NCBI GenBank assembly: GCA_017507145.1
Contig: JAFWBJ010000005.1
Span: 1-37,649 of the forward strand
DNA from: Clostridia bacterium
Lineage (GTDB): Bacteria > Bacillota > Clostridia > Oscillospirales > CAG-272
Length of the DNA stretch: 37,649 bases
Reading direction: 5' to 3'
The stretch's first letter is position 1. Each line of letters begins with the position of its first letter. The position numbers and the translations under genes are program-made. Of this stretch, positions 33,789 to 37,649 are shown in pieces. The notes beneath the pieces were generated by a model, which was not told the DNA's origin, did not search any database, and saw only the letters and a list, made by a program, of their open reading frames with translations.

Positions 33789-34460
33789 TCACCATCCGAC
33801 CAGTTTGAACATCAGAGTCTCCAGGCTGCCGACCGCCCAGCCGAGCGGGCCGTCGAGAAAGCCGGTCACCAGCATGAGCATGATGGCGATGGAGATGTAC
33901 TGTTCATATTTCATGATGCCAAAATACCATTTTGCGGGCAGGAAGACATAGCAGAAGCGCGAGCCGTCAAGGGGCGGGACGGGGAGCAGATTGAAGACGG
34001 CCAGGCTGAGATTGAGCGTAACGCCGGTGTAGAGAAAGGTAAGAAAGAGGCTTGCTACCATGGCAAGGAAGGTGTTGCTCTGAAAAACCATCGGGTCAAC
34101 GCGGTTGATGATGGGTGTGAAGATCCGCACCGCCAGCACATGCAGGAACGCGATGAGCAGATTGGTGATGGGGCCGGCGATGCCGGTCAGCGCCATGTCG
34201 CGGCGGGGATTCTTGAAATTGCGGGTTACCACCGGGACGGGCTTGGCCCAGCCGAAATGGAAGATCACCATGCAAAGAAAGCCGATGGGATCGAGATGCT
34301 TGAGGGGATTGAGGGTGAGACGGCCGAGATTGCGCGCCGTCGGGTCGCCCAGACGGTAGGCAACATAGCCATGCGCGGCCTCATGCGCCGAGAGGGCGAA
34401 GAGGATGATGGGCAGCGAGAGCAAAAATGCCGGAAGCTGCTGCATAAACCGTTCAATCAT
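33789..34460 (-). CDS. Site-2 protease (peptidase M50)
   Basis: HEAAH, GRLTLNPLKHLDP, GWAKPVP, AGP, FNLLPVPPLDG. Confidence 0.93.
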   Translation of the reverse strand: MIERFMQQLPAFLLSLPIILFALSAHEAAHGYVAYRLGDPTARNLGRLTLNPLKHLDPIGFLCMVIFHFGWAKPVPVVTRNFKNPRRDMALTGIAGPITNLLIAFLHVLAVRIFTPIINRVDPMVFQSNTFLAMVASLFLTFLYTGVTLNLSLAVFNLLPVPPLDGSRFCYVFLPAKWYFGIMKYEQYISIAIMLMLVTGFLDGPLGWAVGSLETLMFKLVGW

Positions 34461-34483
34461 GTTGTGTATCCTTTCGGGGAAAA

Positions 34484-35797
34484 TCAGCCGATATCGCGTG
34501 CAACCAGATCGGCATAGGTCTCGCGGCGGACGGCCACTCTGGCTTCTCCACCCGAGATGAGGATCACCGGCGGGCGGGGAATGCGGTTGTAGTTGGATGC
34601 CATGGAATAGTTGTACGCGCCGGTGGTGAGGACGGCGAGAATATCGCCGCGCTGTGCCGGCTGAATGGGCATGTCCTCGCCGATGAGGTCGCCGCTTTCA
34701 CAGCAGCGGCCGGCGATAGTGGCGGTGATGGACTTTTCCTCTGCCGCACGGTTCGCGATGAGGGCGGTATAGCGCGAGTTGTACAGCGCATAACGGGGGT
34801 TGTCAGGCATGCCGCCGTCCACTGAAATGTAGCGGCGGAAGCCGGGAATCTCCTTGAACGAGCCAACCGTATACAGCGTGGTACCGGCAGCAGCGACCAG
34901 TGAACGGCCGGGCTCCAGCAGAATGGTGGGCATATCGATGCCGTTCTCAGTGCACAGCCCGCGGATGACAGCGGCCATCCGCCCAATGGCATCAGCGTAG
35001 TCGATGACGGGGTCGTGCTCGGTGTAGCGCACCGCAAGCCCGCCGCCGAGGTTGAGCACCTGGCAGGCGAACCCAAGATCGCGCTTGAGCTCCGCAATGA
35101 AAGCCGTCATGATGCGCGCGGCATCCACAAAGGGATCGATTTCGAAGATCTGCGAACCGATGTGGCAGTGCAGGCCAACCGGATCAATTCCGGGCAGTGC
35201 CATAGCCTCTGCCACGATGGCCTTGGCCTGACCGGTTTCAATGGCGGTGCCAAACTTGGAGTCAACACTGCCGGTGCTGATGGCGCGGTGGGTGTGCGGA
35301 TCAATGCCGGGGGTGATGCGCAGCAGGATCTGCTGCACCTTGCCCTGCGCAGCGGCCATCGCCGAGAGGGCGTGCAGCTCATCCCGGTTGTCCACCACGA
35401 TCCGGCCAACCCCCATCTCCAGCGCATCGGCCAGATCGCGGTCGGTCTTGTTGTTGCCGTGGAAGCAGATGCGCTCGGCCGGGAAGCCGGCAGCCTTGGC
35501 CGTGTACAGCTCGCCGCCCGAAACGCAGTCGATGCCCAGCCCTTCCTCTGCCGCAATGCGGTAGATCGCCGTGAAGCAAAGCGCCTTGGAAGCATAAAGC
35601 GGGTAAGCATCGGAACCAAAATGCGCAGTCATCGCGCGCCGATAGACGCGGCAATTCTCCCGCACCATGTCCTCGTCAATGATATACGCCGGCGTGCCGA
35701 ACTGTCGGGCAAGATCGACGGCATCCAGGCCGCCGATGGTCAGGTGCCCCAGCTCGTTTACCGAAAGATTAGAATGAAGCATAATCTGATAATCCAT
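34484..35797 (-). CDS. lysA: Diaminopimelate decarboxylase
   Basis: FGTP, YASKA, HGNNK, SKFG, HCHIGSQI, NLGGG, EPGRS, CCESGD, TGAYNYSMASNYN. Confidence 0.95.
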   Translation of the reverse strand: MDYQIMLHSNLSVNELGHLTIGGLDAVDLARQFGTPAYIIDEDMVRENCRVYRRAMTAHFGSDAYPLYASKALCFTAIYRIAAEEGLGIDCVSGGELYTAKAAGFPAERICFHGNNKTDRDLADALEMGVGRIVVDNRDELHALSAMAAAQGKVQQILLRITPGIDPHTHRAISTGSVDSKFGTAIETGQAKAIVAEAMALPGIDPVGLHCHIGSQIFEIDPFVDAARIMTAFIAELKRDLGFACQVLNLGGGLAVRYTEHDPVIDYADAIGRMAAVIRGLCTENGIDMPTILLEPGRSLVAAAGTTLYTVGSFKEIPGFRRYISVDGGMPDNPRYALYNSRYTALIANRAAEEKSITATIAGRCCESGDLIGEDMPIQPAQRGDILAVLTTGAYNYSMASNYNRIPRPPVILISGGEARVAVRRETYADLVARDIG

Positions 35798-35866
35798 CCT
35801 TTGGGAAAAATCGTTGGAAAGTATTTGTGGTTTGTTGACCGGGGTGTGAGGCAGTGCCCCACGGCA

Positions 35867-36469
35867 TTAAATCCCCGTCGCCTGACGAATTGCCCGCCAC
35901 AGCTCGTCCTTGCCCTCGCCCGAATGGGACGAGAAGGGCAGAATAACCGTTTCGGCAGGAATCGCCGGATGCTGGCGCAGATTCTCCAGCGCCGCTTTTC
36001 GCTCAGTCTTGTTGAGCTTATCCACCTTGGTGGCCACCACCAGGAAGGGGAGTTCTGCCTGTGCGAGATAATCGAGCATCATGGCATCGTCGGCCGTCAC
36101 GCCGACCTTGGCGTCCACCAGCTGAAGCACCAGCGCAAGACGGTCAAGGTTGGGATTGCGGGTAAAATAGCCATCGGTCAGTGCAGACCATTTCGCCTTG
36201 TCCGCCGGCGCGCGGCGGGCAAAGCCGTAGCCGGGCAGGTCGACAAAGAAAAGCTGTTTGTCAATATCGTAAAAATTGATGGTGATGGTCTTGCCGGGTG
36301 ATGCACTGACCCGTGCCAGCGACTTGCGGCCCAGCAGGGTGTTAATCAGTGAACTTTTGCCCACATTCGAGCGGCCGGAAAAGGCCACCTGCGGCATCGG
36401 GTCGGCGCAGAACTGCCGAATCTCACCCGCGCTGATGCGCAGGGTTGTCTTTTGAAGATTGAGCGCCAT
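35867..36469 (-). CDS. engB: Ribosome biogenesis GTPase YsxC/EngB
   Basis: GRSNVGKSSLIN, PGKT, DLPGYG, TKVDK; follows lon. Confidence 0.95.
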   Translation of the reverse strand: MALNLQKTTLRISAGEIRQFCADPMPQVAFSGRSNVGKSSLINTLLGRKSLARVSASPGKTITINFYDIDKQLFFVDLPGYGFARRAPADKAKWSALTDGYFTRNPNLDRLALVLQLVDAKVGVTADDAMMLDYLAQAELPFLVVATKVDKLNKTERKAALENLRQHPAIPAETVILPFSSHSGEGKDELWRAIRQATGI

Positions 36470-36470
36470 G

Positions 36471-37649
36471 TTATTCTCCTTGCTGTGCATAAGCACGCGG
36501 CGCGTTGACCGGTGCAGATATGTATTCGCTGGGCACAGTACCCACCTTTTCCTCTGCCGCGGGTGCCGGCTCGACCAGCGCGGCGGCAAGAACCTCGGTG
36601 ACTGTTTTGCAGGGGATGAAGGTCAATGCCTCGCGCGCGGCGGGATCAATCTCCTCCAGATCGCGCAGGTTATCGGCGGGGATAACCACGCGCTTGACGC
36701 CGGCCGTGTAAGCCGCCATCGTTTTCTCGCGCAGGCCGCCGATGGCCAGCACGTGGCCGCGCAGGGTGACCTCACCGGTCATGGCCAGATCGCGGCAGAC
36801 TGGCCGGCCGGTCAGCGCACTGACCAGTGCCGTGACCATCGTCACACCGGCGGACGGGCCGTCCTTGGGGACAGCACCCTCAGGGAAATGGATGTGCAGA
36901 TCCTTGGTTTTGTAGAAATCAGGCTCGATCCCCATCTCGCGGGCGATCGAACGGATGTAGCTGACGGCGATGTGCGCCGATTCCTTCATCACGTCACCCA
37001 GCGAGCCGGTCAGCTCGATCTTGCCCGAGCCTTCCAGCACGGCGACCTCCACGCGGAGCAGATCGCCGCCCAGCTCGGTGTAAGCCAGACCGTTAACCAC
37101 GCCGATCGGATCCTGTTCCTCGATCTTCTCGGGCAGAACCTTGCGCGCGCCGAGATAGTGCACAATGTCGGCCGCATCGATGACGACGCGCCGCAGTCCC
37201 TGCTCGACCATCGCGCGCGCAGCCTTGCGGCAAAGATCGCCGATGGTGCGCTCAAGATTGCGCACGCCGGCTTCCCGGGTGTAGGCATCGATGACCTCGA
37301 CGAGGGCGGCATCGGTAATTTTGAGCATGCGGCGGTTGAGCCCGTGGCGCTTCAGCTGCTTGGGCAGCAGATGGTTCTGCGCGATCGACAGCTTTTCGCG
37401 GCGGGTGTAAATGGGCAGCTCGATGATCTCCATGCGGTCGATCAGCGGGCGGGGAACGGTCTGAAGTGTGTTGGCGGTGGCGATAAAGAGACAGTCGGAG
37501 AGGTCGACCGGCATTTCCACGAAGTGATCGCGGAAGGTCTTGTTCTGCTCGGCATCCAGCACTTCCAGCAGAGCGGAGGCCGGGTCACCGTGCGCATCGT
37601 GTGTCAGCTTGTCGATCTCGTCCAGCAGGATCAGCGGATTGCGCACGCC
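36471..37649 (-). CDS. lon: ATP-dependent protease La (Lon), 5' part outside window
   Basis: LLDEIDK, GDPASALLEVLD, YTREAGVRNLER, TGSLGDVMKES, PKDGPSAG, IGGLREK. Confidence 0.96.
   Translation of the reverse strand, partial: GVRNPLILLDEIDKLTHDAHGDPASALLEVLDAEQNKTFRDHFVEMPVDLSDCLFIATANTLQTVPRPLIDRMEIIELPIYTRREKLSIAQNHLLPKQLKRHGLNRRMLKITDAALVEVIDAYTREAGVRNLERTIGDLCRKAARAMVEQGLRRVVIDAADIVHYLGARKVLPEKIEEQDPIGVVNGLAYTELGGDLLRVEVAVLEGSGKIELTGSLGDVMKESAHIAVSYIRSIAREMGIEPDFYKTKDLHIHFPEGAVPKDGPSAGVTMVTALVSALTGRPVCRDLAMTGEVTLRGHVLAIGGLREKTMAAYTAGVKRVVIPADNLRDLEEIDPAAREALTFIPCKTVTEVLAAALVEPAPAAEEKVGTVPSEYISAPVNAPRAYAQQGE

Noticed and set aside
35798-35866. Lysine riboswitch upstream of lysA
   Set aside because: Only about 70 bp separate engB and lysA, too short for an L-box.
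1-37649. Many long alternative-frame or antisense ORFs (e.g. 150-878, 6073-7215, 11841-12863, 17387-18598, 18867-19997, 20689-21831, 23754-25139, 35015-36301)
   Set aside because: All overlap confidently identified genes, lack SDs and motifs, and are expected shadows at this GC content.

Overview
High-GC (roughly 60% by eye) chromosomal window from a spore-forming Clostridia-type bacterium; the taxon is inferred from spo0A, gerW/ytfI, dacB, a LysM-GH18 spore hydrolase and a clostridial ferredoxin. It is mostly core genome: holB-ricT(yaaT)-ferredoxin-yabB-rsmI, rpmB, mtaB, upp, an ABC-2 exporter, rpsF-ssb-rpsR, spo0A, and lon-engB-lysA-S2P-scpAB-ytfI-gerW-dacB-rluB. I see no rRNA, tRNA, CRISPR array, transposase or phage gene. 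Main oddities: (1) a 967-aa intact ORF behind mtaB that follows clostridial PurL end to end but lacks every catalytic motif I can recognise; (2) a DUF6323/DUF6179-like gene pair with a LexA-type box in its promoter spacer; (3) a stand-alone, divergent enolase behind a sigmaG-like promoter, back-to-back with a sigmaK-like promoter; (4) a forespore-type promoter whose spacer is complementary to the downstream RBS; (5) a 942-bp tandem duplication of a complete esterase transcription unit with asymmetric divergence; (6) RicT with an RGG-rich N-terminal extension. All family and promoter calls come from motif recognition by eye, not database searches.
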